Origin: Nitrosopumilus sp. | GTDB lineage: Archaea; Thermoproteota; Nitrososphaeria; Nitrososphaerales; Nitrosopumilaceae | DNA: 64,000 nucleotides | NCBI GenBank assembly: GCA_963662625.1 | Contig: OY759726.1 | Span: 864,001 to 928,000, forward strand | Reading direction: 5' to 3' | In this document: in pieces, positions 8,604 through 18,425 of the stretch | Layout of the letters: each line of letters starts with the position of its first letter | How positions within the stretch are numbered: the first letter of the stretch is position 1 | Notes under the pieces: model-generated | Told to the model about the DNA's origin: nothing | Seen by the model: only the letters and a program-made list of their open reading frames with translations | Database searches by the model: none | Position numbers and translations under genes: made by a program

Positions 8604-9314
8604 TTAAGCGTAATCCATGCCGCTTTTAATCATCTCCCGGACCCGCTTCCAGCCAGAATCCTCCCTGTCGTTCCACCTCTCGTAAAACACCACGTCCGTC
8701 AAACCCAGCCTCGGCAGCCACCCGGCCGCCTCCAAGTCCGGCTTTCCGGCAAACTCGTCGACGTGCCCCAGGCACAGGTACGCCACGGGGACTACGTGCT
8801 CCGGCAGGCACAGGACCTCCCTCAGGGTCTCGTTTGACAGTATGCTCACCCACCCGAGCCCCACCCCCTCGGCCCTCGCGGCAAGCCACAGGTTCTGGAT
8901 GGCGCAGCACACGCTGTACAGCCCCGCCTCGGGAATGCTTGACCTGCCTATTACGAATGGCCCAAACTTTGTCGGATCATAGGTCACGCACAGGTTCACC
9001 GGCGACTCCATGATCCCCTCCAGCTTGAGCGAGGCGTATTTCGCCCGCCTCGGCCCCTCGACCAGCCTCGAGGAGCGGGCCTTTTCCCTGTCAAACGACT
9101 CCTTGACCTTCTTTTTCACGCCGCCGTCCTTGATCAAAATAAAGTTCCACGGCTGTGAAAAGCCCACCGAGGGCGCGTGGTGGGCCGCGTTGAGGATCTT
9201 CGACAAAACGCCGTCCTCGATGGGCCTGCCGGTGAAACGGGACCTGACGTCCCTCCTGGAATAAATCGCCTTGTAGAGGCCCTTCTTCTCCTCGTCTGAA
9301 AACTCCCCGCCCAA
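8604..9314 (-). CDS. bluB: 5,6-dimethylbenzimidazole synthase (nitroreductase fold)
   Basis: AIYSRRDVRSRF, APSVGFSQPWNF, LKLEGI, YSVCCAIQNLWLAARAEGVGLGWVSI; start uncertain (TTG 9314). Confidence 0.88.
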   Translation of the reverse strand: MGGEFSDEEKKGLYKAIYSRRDVRSRFTGRPIEDGVLSKILNAAHHAPSVGFSQPWNFILIKDGGVKKKVKESFDREKARSSRLVEGPRRAKYASLKLEGIMESPVNLCVTYDPTKFGPFVIGRSSIPEAGLYSVCCAIQNLWLAARAEGVGLGWVSILSNETLREVLCLPEHVVPVAYLCLGHVDEFAGKPDLEAAGWLPRLGLTDVVFYERWNDREDSGWKRVREMIKSGMDYA

Positions 9315-9392
9315 CCCTTTTGCACCAGCTTTCTTTCTATTCATTCTTTTGTTAAACGTTAATAATGCCACCCTCTAACCTTGTACTTCAAT

Positions 9393-9466
9393 GGGCCGGT
9401 AGTCTAGCTGGTTAGGATACCGCCTCGACACGGCGGTGATCGTGAGTTCGAATCTCTCTCGGCCCA
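9393..9466 (+). tRNA. tRNA-Val(GAC)
   Basis: GGGCCGG...TCGGCCCA acceptor; anticodon arm CCGCC-TC GAC AC-GGCGG; GTTCGAAT T-loop; T-run after. Confidence 0.95.
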
Positions 9467-9471
9467 CTTTT

Positions 9472-9969
9472 TTAATTCAACTCTGTGGAGAACTCCTTCT
9501 CGACTATGCTCCAGGAGGTCTCGGACGTCACGCTCCCCTCCGCCGAGAAGGTGCCGACCCGTTCCCCCAGCACCGCGTCGTAGACGTCGGAGTTGATGTC
9601 AGAGCGGTTCAGGACAAACGTGTTCTTGAGCGGGATCTCGGAGCCCGCGTAAAACACGGCCCTGCCGGGCATCGCGATGTCCTCGGTCGAGTACTGGCCG
9701 GATCCCATCAGAACCCCGTCCGCATACAGCTGGTACGCGATCAGCGGGACGGTGAACGTCTTTTCGCTGGGGTTCCTCACGAGAAACGTCACCTCCAGCT
9801 TGGCGCGGCTTTCAACCGTGTTGACCTCCCTTATCTGGACGTCTGCCAGCTCCACCTCGACCTTCTCAAGCTCCGGGTTGTCCAGGCTGGCATAGTACAC
9901 AATCCCGCCCATCAACGCAAGCATGGCCCCTATGGCCGCATAAACCGTCATCTTACTTTGTAGCGCCAA
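9472..9969 (-). CDS. Membrane-anchored LEA_2/WHy-like protein
   Basis: N-terminal TM; VTFLVRNPS, IAYQLYADG pattern. Confidence 0.7.
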   Translation of the reverse strand: MALQSKMTVYAAIGAMLALMGGIVYYASLDNPELEKVEVELADVQIREVNTVESRAKLEVTFLVRNPSEKTFTVPLIAYQLYADGVLMGSGQYSTEDIAMPGRAVFYAGSEIPLKNTFVLNRSDINSDVYDAVLGERVGTFSAEGSVTSETSWSIVEKEFSTELN

Positions 9970-10135
9970 TCAACGGTAACACCCTCTGGACAATTAAAAA
10001 AGGTTGTCAAGATCCGGCCCGCCCCCGGCCCGGCTTTCAGGCACAAAGCCAGCCGCGGCCCCCGGCTCAGGCACGGCCGCGCAACGGCCCGCCACGATCC
10101 AAATACATAATATTTGATTTCAAGCACCAAAGCCA

Positions 10136-10633
10136 ATGGCTGCGCTGGAACAAGCGGTAATCACCTGGATCCACCTGGTCGCGGCGGCCATATGGGTAGG
10201 CGGCTCGCTATTCATAGGGATCGTCTTTTCGCCCCTCCTCAAGACGATGTCCGACTCCCTTGCAGAAAGAATGCGGATAATGATACGGGTTGGAAGGCGG
10301 TTCAACAAGATTGCCGTCCCCTCCCTGATAATCCTCATGGCCACCGGGCTGTACAACTCACACGCGCTCTTGAGCAGGCCCGAGCTGCTGACTGCCACGA
10401 GCTATGGGACTTTCCTGACAATCAAGATCGCCCTCGTAATCGCGCTGGTAATCACGTATGCGGTCCACGTCCGCATCATACGCAGGGACGTCGAAGAAAA
10501 GATAATGTCCGACCAAATGCCGGAAGGCCAGATACGGGAGCTCAGGAAGAAAATCATAGTTCTCGGGGAAGTCACGGTAGTAATATCCGTCGCGATCCTG
10601 TTCTTCGCCTCGTTAATGGACGCCGGGGTATGA
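10136..10633 (+). CDS. CopD family copper-resistance membrane protein
   Basis: TWIHLVAAAIWVGG, ATGLYN, TSYGTFLTIKIALV. Confidence 0.85.
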   Translation: MAALEQAVITWIHLVAAAIWVGGSLFIGIVFSPLLKTMSDSLAERMRIMIRVGRRFNKIAVPSLIILMATGLYNSHALLSRPELLTATSYGTFLTIKIALVIALVITYAVHVRIIRRDVEEKIMSDQMPEGQIRELRKKIIVLGEVTVVISVAILFFASLMDAGV

Positions 10634-11629
10634 CGCGCCCCTGATCCTGACCTCGTAGCCGCCCTCCACCCTTCCAACCCCGTACCTGCACCCGGAAACC
10701 TTCGACGCCACGCGCAGGTTGGCCTCCAGGTGCCTCGTAATCCGCGGCACGCGGAACACGGACAGGCCGGGCGCGACGCTTGCAGGCACCACCAGCATGT
10801 CCGCCAAATTCTCATCCACCCCCAGCCTGTTCTCAGCGATCCTGTCAGGCTTCATGTCAAAGGCGCCAGCCCTCCTGTCAAACAACGCATCTGCGCCGAG
10901 GACAGAACCCTCGTCATGCACGTGCGCCAGCACGGCGGCCCCCGCGTCTAGGGCGTCCTCCTCCCTGACATGCTGCCCCACCACGCAGTGCCTTTCTTCC
11001 AACCCCCCGACGATTCTCTCGACCTCGGCCACGACCGCCTCTTCCGGGATCTTCGAGTAGGTGCACCTTACCTCCACCCTCCCGGCCCTTCTCTCAAGTA
11101 GCCTGGCAGGCATGATCTCCCGCGATCTTGCCCTCAGGACGACCCTTCCCCCGCCTTTCGGGTAGTAGCCCCTCCTTTCAAGGCTTATGGAAAACCCCAG
11201 CCCCATCCTGCCATACGCCTCCCTTACCACATGCCGCATGTAATCAAACGTGGGGCTCCACGCCACATCCGTGCCCCCGACCACCTTCAGCTCGACGTCT
11301 TTCTCCGAAGCGGCCACGGCCGGAATCACCGCCTGCAGTATTAGGCATATGCTCCCGGCGGTTCCCACGTCTTCTTCCAGCCTGCAGCCCCGCACGTCCC
11401 CCGGGATGAAGCGCAGCTCCGTCGAGCCCAGGGCCGCCCCCTCCACCCTTGCGCCGCAAATTTTCTGGAGGATCCTCACCGCCGCGACGTGCTGGGCCCT
11501 CAATCCCGGGACCCCCCTTTCCCTCCTGATGTTTTCTATGGCCACGGGCTTTTTCGTAATGCAGGACAGCGCGACCGACGTCCTTACAGCCTGGCCCCCG
11601 TGCGCCCCGTCGATCCTCAAAAACTCCAT
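10613..11629 (-). CDS. rtcA: RNA 3'-terminal phosphate cyclase
   Basis: Start MEFLRIDG; GGQAVRT, PGLRAQH, GTAGSICLILQ, GGTDV, RGYYPKGGG, catalytic His in ITRHLEAN. Confidence 0.92.
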   Translation of the reverse strand: MEFLRIDGAHGGQAVRTSVALSCITKKPVAIENIRRERGVPGLRAQHVAAVRILQKICGARVEGAALGSTELRFIPGDVRGCRLEEDVGTAGSICLILQAVIPAVAASEKDVELKVVGGTDVAWSPTFDYMRHVVREAYGRMGLGFSISLERRGYYPKGGGRVVLRARSREIMPARLLERRAGRVEVRCTYSKIPEEAVVAEVERIVGGLEERHCVVGQHVREEDALDAGAAVLAHVHDEGSVLGADALFDRRAGAFDMKPDRIAENRLGVDENLADMLVVPASVAPGLSVFRVPRITRHLEANLRVASKVSGCRYGVGRVEGGYEVRIRGASYPGVH

Positions 11630-11683
11630 GCCGCCCGTGGTACTTTGTGATAGTTTTTTAAAAAGAGATGCGCCATAACGCGC

Positions 11684-12178
11684 ATGGATGGCTTGCTGGT
11701 AGGCCGCTTCCAGCCATTTCACATGGGGCACCTTGAGGCGCTGCGCTTTGCGCTGCCAAAAGTTGACCGGCTCTGGCTGGGCCTGGGAAGCTCCAACAGG
11801 CCGCGGCAGAGGTCCAACCCGTTCTCCGCCGAGGAGCGAAAACGCATGATCTTGGCCTCCATCGACGGCTCCATGAGGCGCAAAATCGGGATTTACCCCA
11901 TCCCCGACGCGGATGACCACCGAAGGTGGGTTGAGCTGGTAGCCGCGGCCGTCCCGGAATTCGGCGTGGTGTTCACAAACGACGACGTCACGGCGCACCT
12001 CTACTCGAGGCGTGGCGTGGAGGTCGTCCCGATCCCCCTCGTAAACCGCGACAGCCTGTCTGGGACCAACATCCGGGGCCTGGTCGCCGGCGGCCAGGGG
12101 TGGGAGCACCTAGTGCCTGCCGGCACAAGAAGATTCCTGGTGGACGCTGGTGCCAAGGCCCGCCTGCAAAATCTCTAA
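11684..12178 (+). CDS. nadM: Nicotinamide-nucleotide adenylyltransferase
   Basis: GRFQPFHMGH, NPFSAEER, SGTNIR. Confidence 0.9.
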   Translation: MDGLLVGRFQPFHMGHLEALRFALPKVDRLWLGLGSSNRPRQRSNPFSAEERKRMILASIDGSMRRKIGIYPIPDADDHRRWVELVAAAVPEFGVVFTNDDVTAHLYSRRGVEVVPIPLVNRDSLSGTNIRGLVAGGQGWEHLVPAGTRRFLVDAGAKARLQNL

Positions 12179-12218
12179 TTATAAATACACCCCGCGCCAA
12201 CTTTCATCGAGTATACAT

Positions 12219-13364
12219 TTGGAATACCTATCGATGCTTCCGGGCCCCACAAACGTTCCCAACCGGGTGATGCGCGCGATGCTTGCCCCGATCATCAACC
12301 ACAGGAGCGACGACTTCGTCGAACTGTATTCCGACGTGGTAGAAAAGACCCAGCAGGTATTCCAGACGCAAAACGACATAGTGGCCCTGTCCTCCTCCGG
12401 GACGGGCGCCGTAGAGGCAGGCGTCGTCAACCTCGTCAAGAAAGGCGACAAGGTCATAATCCCCGTCAACGGCGAGTTCAGCAGCAGGCTGTCGCAGCTA
12501 ATCGAGGGGCAAGGGGCAGACGTAGTCCGGCTTGAGACGCCCCCGGGGCAGAACGCCACGCTTGACCAGGTAAGGGAGGCGTTTGACAACAACAAAGACG
12601 TCAAGGCATTCTACGTGGTGCACAACGAGACCTCCACCGGAACCATGGTCAACTACCTGGACAGGGTCTCCGACCTGACGTCGCGCAACGACGCGTTTTA
12701 CGTGGTGGACTCTGTCTCGCTGTTAGGCGGCGCCGAGCTGCCCGTGGACAAGTGGAACGTAGACGTGTGCATGACCGGCGCGCAAAAAGCCATCGCCGCC
12801 CCGCCCGGGATATCCCCGATCTCCGTCAGCCCCCGGGCCAAGAAATACATGGTAGAGAACCCCCCAGCCACAATGTACTTCAACCTTGCAAGGTACTTCA
12901 AGTATTACGAGGAGTCAAAGCACACCCCGTTCACCCCGGCACTGCCCCTGCTTTACGCATACAGGGAGGCGCTGGCAATCCTGCTGGAGGAGGGCCTGGA
13001 ATCCGTCTTCAAGCGCCACAAGGCCTGTTCTGACGCCCTGTACTCCGGCCTGAGCGCGATCGGACTGACGCCGTTTGCAAAAGAAGAGGACCGCTCGATC
13101 TCAATCGTCGCACTCAACTACCTGGAGGGCCTGGAAGACGCAACGTTTAGGAACACCCTGGCCGAGAAGTTCAAGGTCTTGGTGGCGGGAGGCTTTGGCA
13201 ACCTCAAAGGCAAGGTCTTCAGGGTGGGTTGCATGGGGGAGGTCGGCCCCTACCACGTGATGCGGACGATCTCTGCCATATCGTCCACGCTGGCCATGAT
13301 GGGCTACGAAACAAACGCCCAGGACGGACTCAGGATCGCCGAAGAAAAACTGCAGGCCCTCTGA
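12219..13364 (+). CDS. Class V aminotransferase (serine-pyruvate/alanine-glyoxylate type)
   Basis: MLPGPTNVP, HNETSTG, VDSVS, GAQKAIAAPPG, FRVGCMG. Confidence 0.93.
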   Translation: MEYLSMLPGPTNVPNRVMRAMLAPIINHRSDDFVELYSDVVEKTQQVFQTQNDIVALSSSGTGAVEAGVVNLVKKGDKVIIPVNGEFSSRLSQLIEGQGADVVRLETPPGQNATLDQVREAFDNNKDVKAFYVVHNETSTGTMVNYLDRVSDLTSRNDAFYVVDSVSLLGGAELPVDKWNVDVCMTGAQKAIAAPPGISPISVSPRAKKYMVENPPATMYFNLARYFKYYEESKHTPFTPALPLLYAYREALAILLEEGLESVFKRHKACSDALYSGLSAIGLTPFAKEEDRSISIVALNYLEGLEDATFRNTLAEKFKVLVAGGFGNLKGKVFRVGCMGEVGPYHVMRTISAISSTLAMMGYETNAQDGLRIAEEKLQAL

Positions 13365-13498
13365 ACGCGCCGGACACCCCGCCCCGAAACCTTAACCCCC
13401 GACCCGTCTTGCCTTGGCAGGCGTTTCGTCTGCGATACGGCATTACGGACCGGGCATGAATTTCAGGGTTTAACTTAATATAAGGAAATTTGGGATTT

Positions 13499-14353
13499 AT
13501 GACATTGGCATTCAGCAAGTCCACGTTAATCCTCATAGATTATACCGCGAAGATAAAAGACACAGACAAAGTCTTCGACACCACGATCCAATCAGACGCC
13601 GAAAAGCACGACATATACGAGCCGGACATAAAGTACGGGCCCAAGCTAGTCTCGATTGACGACGTGGCGTACCCCGTTCTGAAGGGGCTTGACGAGGAGC
13701 TGGCCAAAACGTCGGCGGGCGACAAGCTCACCGTAGAAGTCCCGCCCGCCAAGGCCTTCGGCGAGAGGGACTCGAGCAAGGTACGGATGATGCCGGCAAG
13801 AAAGCTCGGGGAAGACGCCGACAAGCTTTCGGTGGGCGACACGATCGAGGTTGACCACAAAACGGGAATCATCAAGTTCATGGGCTCGGGCAGGGTGAAG
13901 GTTGACTACAACCACGCCTATGCCGGAAAGACAATCCTTTACGACGTAAACGTCATAAAAGCCCTCGATACCGACCACGACAAACTCGACGCCATCCTGA
14001 ACCACCGCCTTCCCGCGAAAGACGCTGAGATATCCTTTGACTTGAAAGGAAACGAGGCGAGCGTACCAATCCCCGAAAGGCTGCTACAGGCAGACGGGCT
14101 CCAATTCATGAAGCATTTCATACAGCAGGACGCCTTCCACTTTATCCCGACGCTGGAGAAAATCAACTTTGTCGAGACCTACCCCAACAAGCAAATGGGG
14201 AACAAGGATCCCGGCGCCGCGGAGACGGACGCCGACGCCTCGGGCTCCCCCGACCCTGGCGCCGCGGAGACGGACGCCGACGCCTCGGGCTCCCCCGACC
14301 CTAATCTCACGGATTCCCACCGGCCGCGCAAAACATTCCGGTCTCTGCCCTGA
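13499..14353 (+). CDS. FKBP-type (archaeal long, SlyD-like) peptidyl-prolyl isomerase
   Basis: IDYTAK..KVFDTT, VPPAKAFGER, VDYNHAYAGKTILY. Confidence 0.88.
   Translation: MTLAFSKSTLILIDYTAKIKDTDKVFDTTIQSDAEKHDIYEPDIKYGPKLVSIDDVAYPVLKGLDEELAKTSAGDKLTVEVPPAKAFGERDSSKVRMMPARKLGEDADKLSVGDTIEVDHKTGIIKFMGSGRVKVDYNHAYAGKTILYDVNVIKALDTDHDKLDAILNHRLPAKDAEISFDLKGNEASVPIPERLLQADGLQFMKHFIQQDAFHFIPTLEKINFVETYPNKQMGNKDPGAAETDADASGSPDPGAAETDADASGSPDPNLTDSHRPRKTFRSLP
14207..14302 (+). repeat. 45-bp tandem duplication (2 copies + partial) encoding DPGAAETDADASGSP
   Basis: Near-identical units at 14207-14251 and 14252-14296. Confidence 0.9.
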
Positions 14354-14373
14354 AAACCCCGCCCGGGCTCCCC

Positions 14374-15417
14374 TTAAACCACTTTGGTTATTTTTGCCAG
14401 ATTGGCCGCCTTTCTGCGGGTCATGCCCGTTTCCTTTAGAATGGTGTGCCTGTCCGGCCTCAAATCCTGCGCGATCATCAGCGCGCTGACCACCTCTTCC
14501 TCCCCCAGTCCGATCTGTTTTGCCGTAGTGGGTGCTCCCACGTCCTTCAGCGCCTTGACTATCTTTTTCCAGTCCTGCCCCTGCAACTTTGCCATCATGA
14601 TGGAGCCTATCCCGCATTTTTCGCCGTGGAGCCCCCTCCCGGGGGATATCCTGTCCAACGCGTGAGAGAAAAGATGCTCTGCGCCCGAACACGGCCTGCT
14701 GCTTCCGGCTATGCACGAGGCGACCCCTGCGCTGAGCAGCGCCTCCACGATGACCCTCGCGTCAAGCCCCTCTCTTGCGTACCGCGCAGAGTTTTCCATC
14801 ACCATTTTCGCGCTCATCAGCGCTAGGCTTGCCGAATACCTCCCATAGTACTCCCCGGTCTTCTCGTGGCCCAGCTGCCAGTCTTTCACCGCGATGATGT
14901 TTGCAATCAGGTCGCCGCAGCCGCTCGCAAGCAGCTTCGCAGGGGCCTTTTTTATGACGTCGATGTCCACAAAGACGCCCAGCGGGGCAGCCGCCACTAT
15001 GGAATGCGGCTTTTCGCTTCTTACAGACACAAACGGGCTCGCCATCCCGTCATGGGACGCCGCGGTGGGGACGCTGACAAACGGGGTGCCGAGGTTAAAA
15101 GAGACCATTTTTGCCGTGTCAACGCTGCGGCCCCCCCCCGCCCCCACGACGAGGTCGCTCCCGTCCTCCTCCACCTCCCTTTGAATCTGGGTTATGGACT
15201 TCATCTCGTTGTCCTTGGACGTGTGCCAGACGACCCCGATTTTCCTCGATTTTAGCGATTTTTCCAGCTTCTTTCCCAGAATTTTCTTCACGCTGGTGCC
15301 CGAAACCACCGATATTTTATTGGGCCTGTTTAGCGCCCGCACGAACCCCCCGAACCCGCCGATGTTCTTCTCGCCTACCACGATTAGCCTAGGCAGCTCC
15401 ATCGTATGTGACCGCAT
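14374..15417 (-). CDS. egsA: sn-glycerol-1-phosphate dehydrogenase
   Basis: GGGRSVDTAK, VPTAASHDGMASP, SRPCSGAEHLFSHALD, LHGEKCG. Confidence 0.95.
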   Translation of the reverse strand: MRSHTMELPRLIVVGEKNIGGFGGFVRALNRPNKISVVSGTSVKKILGKKLEKSLKSRKIGVVWHTSKDNEMKSITQIQREVEEDGSDLVVGAGGGRSVDTAKMVSFNLGTPFVSVPTAASHDGMASPFVSVRSEKPHSIVAAAPLGVFVDIDVIKKAPAKLLASGCGDLIANIIAVKDWQLGHEKTGEYYGRYSASLALMSAKMVMENSARYAREGLDARVIVEALLSAGVASCIAGSSRPCSGAEHLFSHALDRISPGRGLHGEKCGIGSIMMAKLQGQDWKKIVKALKDVGAPTTAKQIGLGEEEVVSALMIAQDLRPDRHTILKETGMTRRKAANLAKITKVV

Positions 15418-15506
15418 GCGATCTTCCCCCCGCGTCATTATTTATCATTTCAAGGGATCAAAAAGTTATTTAAAAGGGTGCCACACCAGTTAGGATATCT
15501 CACTAG

Positions 15507-16148
15507 GTGTACTTTTTGTCAAACAACGTCGAAGAAAAAATTTTGCACGGGACTACCACTGTAGGTATCAAGGCCAAGGACGGCGTCGTACTGTGCGCTG
15601 ACATGAGGGCCAGCGCGGGATACTTTATCGCCAACAACAACACGATGAAAATCCAAAAAATCGACCACCACGCGGGCCTGACGCTTGCGGGCGGGGTGGC
15701 CGACGCGCAGAACATAGTTGACATTTTACGATACCACGCAAACCTGCACAGGGTAAACAAGCAGGATCCGATCCCAATCCGCTCCCTGGCCAGGCTCTGT
15801 TCCCTTATCTTCCACCAAAACAGGGGCTACCCGTTCATAGCCGACATACTCGTCGGCGGCCACGACTCGGGCGGCCCCGAGCTGTTTAACATAGACATGT
15901 TCGGCTCCGCCGAGGCCAGGTCGTACGTCACGACGGGAAGCGGGTCCCCGGTTGCATACGGCCTGCTTGAAGACGAGTACAGGGAGGATCTTGCCGTGGA
16001 CGAGGCAAAGGACATAGCCCTGAGGGCCGTAAAGGCGGCCATCGTCCGCAACATCGGGACGGGGGACGGGATCAACGTGGCCGTCATGGACAAGGACGGC
16101 TTCCGCCTCTTGGCAGGCGAACAAAAGAAAGCCGTCATTGATCTTTAG
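15507..16148 (+). CDS. psmB: Proteasome beta subunit
   Basis: HG|TTTVGI, ADMRAS, AGGVADAQ, TGSGSPVAYG. Confidence 0.96.
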   Translation: MYFLSNNVEEKILHGTTTVGIKAKDGVVLCADMRASAGYFIANNNTMKIQKIDHHAGLTLAGGVADAQNIVDILRYHANLHRVNKQDPIPIRSLARLCSLIFHQNRGYPFIADILVGGHDSGGPELFNIDMFGSAEARSYVTTGSGSPVAYGLLEDEYREDLAVDEAKDIALRAVKAAIVRNIGTGDGINVAVMDKDGFRLLAGEQKKAVIDL

Positions 16149-16155
16149 TGATTTA

Positions 16156-18093
16156 ATGCAAAGAAAAAACCAACGCAGAGAAGCACCCACCAGCCAAAAC
16201 ATAATGGCCACCATACTGCAAAGTATTCCCAGGGAGGCAAGGGTGACCAAGATAGAATACGAGGGGCCCAGAATCGCGCTGTATACAAGCTCGCCGCGCT
16301 ACCTTATGGAAAACAACGAAACTATCTCGAACCTCGTCAACGTGATAAAGAAGCGGATCGTCGTAAGGACCGACGAGTCGATCAGAAAAACCGAGGACGA
16401 CGCGCGCAAGATCATCGCCGAGTCAGTGCCCAAGGCCGCAAGCCTGCAAGGCGCCACGTTCGACACCGCCACGGGGGAGGCATCCATCGAGGCGAAGCGG
16501 CCCTGGCTGCTACAAAGGGACTCCAAGGAGTTCAACCAAATAGACGTCACGGAAAAGACCGGATGGAAACTGCGCGTAAGGAAGGCGACGACAATCCCGT
16601 CTAGAACAATACAGACCATCAACACCACCCTTAAGCAGTACTCGGCAGACCGCAGCAAGCAGCTAAAGCAGGTAGGCGACGAGATCTTCCGGCCGCGCCT
16701 GTCGCCAAAGACCGAGGTCTCGCTGTATACGCTAGGGGGATTCGGCCAGGTGGGCCGCTCCTCGATGCTCCTCTCCACCCCCGAGAGCAAGATTCTCATC
16801 GACTGCGGCGTCAACCCGGGGGCCCGCTCCCCCATGGAGGCGTACCCTAGGCTGGACTCCCTGAACATCACCCTTGACGACCTCGATGCCGTGGTAATCG
16901 GGCACGCGCACCTGGATCATACCGGATTCCTGCCCGTCCTGTGCAAGTACGGGTACAGGGGCCCGGTCTACTGCACCGAGCCCACCCTTCCCATGATGAA
17001 CCTGATCCAGCTAGACGCCATCAAGGTAGCCGCCGCGCAGGGCCGCACCCCGATATACTCGGAAAGGGACGTGAAGCAGATCATGAAGCAGGCAATCACG
17101 CTGCCGTACGGGACGGTAACCGACCTTTCCCCAGACATCAAGCTGGTGCTGGCAAACGCGGGGCACATCCTCGGCTCCGCCCTGTGCCACTTTCACATAG
17201 GCAACGGCGACCACAACTTTGTCTATTCCGGGGACATAAAATTCGGGAAGAGCATCCTGTTCGAGGCCGCGAGCTGGAATTTCCCTAGGGTGGAGACCCT
17301 GCTGATCGAGAGCACCTACGGCCTCAAGGAGGACATCCAGCCCACAAGGCAGGAGGTCGAGTCCGCCTTCATCAACGCGGTGAACAACACGCTTGCAGAC
17401 GGCGGCAAGGTCCTCATCCCGATCCCGGCGGTAGGCCGCGCCCAGGAAATAATGATGGTCATAGACCACTATATGAAATCCGGCCAGATGGTAGAGGCGC
17501 CCGTGTTCACGGAGGGGATGATCTCCGAGGCGTCCGCGATACACGAGTCGTATCCGGAATACCTGGCCAAGGAGCTCAAGCAAAAGATCCTGGAGACCGA
17601 CGACAACCCGTTTGACTCGGAGTACTTTACGAACATTGACCACTCCGACACCCGCGAAGAGCCGATGAGGGAAGGCTCCCCCTGCATAATCCTGGCCACG
17701 TCGGGAATGCTGGAGGGCGGGCCCGTGCTGGAATACTTTAAGAACGTTGCGCCCGACAAGAAGAACAAGGTCCTCTTCGTGTCCTACCAGGTCAACGGCA
17801 CGCTTGGCAGGCGCGTCCTGGACGGCTCAAGGCAGGTCACGATGCTCGGCAAGGAAGGCAAGGTGGAGGTCATCACGATAAACTGCAGCGTGGAAAAATT
17901 GGACGGGTTCAGCGGACACAGCGACTACAACCAGCTCATGTCATTCGTGCAGAGGCTGCGGCCTAAGCTGAGGCGGGTGCTGGTGAACCACGGCGAAAGA
18001 AAAAAGTCGGAGAACCTGGCAATGAACATAAGGCGGATGTACCGGCTGCTGTCGCACTACCCCCAGATCCAAGAGGCAATAAAATTATTTTAG
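16156..18093 (+). CDS. fttA: beta-CASP ribonuclease aCPSF1 (FttA)
   Basis: KH domains (IEYEGPRI), HAHLDH, AGHILGSA, ESTYG, AVGRAQE, FSGHSD, NHGE. Confidence 0.95.
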   Translation: MQRKNQRREAPTSQNIMATILQSIPREARVTKIEYEGPRIALYTSSPRYLMENNETISNLVNVIKKRIVVRTDESIRKTEDDARKIIAESVPKAASLQGATFDTATGEASIEAKRPWLLQRDSKEFNQIDVTEKTGWKLRVRKATTIPSRTIQTINTTLKQYSADRSKQLKQVGDEIFRPRLSPKTEVSLYTLGGFGQVGRSSMLLSTPESKILIDCGVNPGARSPMEAYPRLDSLNITLDDLDAVVIGHAHLDHTGFLPVLCKYGYRGPVYCTEPTLPMMNLIQLDAIKVAAAQGRTPIYSERDVKQIMKQAITLPYGTVTDLSPDIKLVLANAGHILGSALCHFHIGNGDHNFVYSGDIKFGKSILFEAASWNFPRVETLLIESTYGLKEDIQPTRQEVESAFINAVNNTLADGGKVLIPIPAVGRAQEIMMVIDHYMKSGQMVEAPVFTEGMISEASAIHESYPEYLAKELKQKILETDDNPFDSEYFTNIDHSDTREEPMREGSPCIILATSGMLEGGPVLEYFKNVAPDKKNKVLFVSYQVNGTLGRRVLDGSRQVTMLGKEGKVEVITINCSVEKLDGFSGHSDYNQLMSFVQRLRPKLRRVLVNHGERKKSENLAMNIRRMYRLLSHYPQIQEAIKLF

Positions 18094-18363
18094 GTCGTAC
18101 TCGGGCTTCCAGATCTTGATGTTGGACGGCGCGACGATGATCCTTTCCTCGCCCAGCCTCGCGATGTCCGCCCCCTCTGCCTTTGCAATCGAATACAGCT
18201 CCTCGACCACCCTGCGAAGCTGCTCCACGTCCCGCTGGGCCAGGGGGGTCACCCGGAGAATCAACACCATGCTCTTCTTGATGTCCTCCTTGATCGAGTG
18301 CACGTCGCTGACATCCCTGATGGTGATTGCCTTCAGGTACGTGGTATTTTCATGCTCCTGCAT
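18085..18363 (-). CDS. sepF: Cell division protein SepF
   Basis: IKEDIKKSMVLILRVTPL...ADIARLGEERIIVAPSNIKI. Confidence 0.85.
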   Translation of the reverse strand: MQEHENTTYLKAITIRDVSDVHSIKEDIKKSMVLILRVTPLAQRDVEQLRRVVEELYSIAKAEGADIARLGEERIIVAPSNIKIWKPEYDLK

Positions 18364-18425
18364 ACTGCTGAAAATGCGATCTACTCACTCAAAAACTCTT
18401 CCATGCCGCCGGCCAATCCGCGTGC

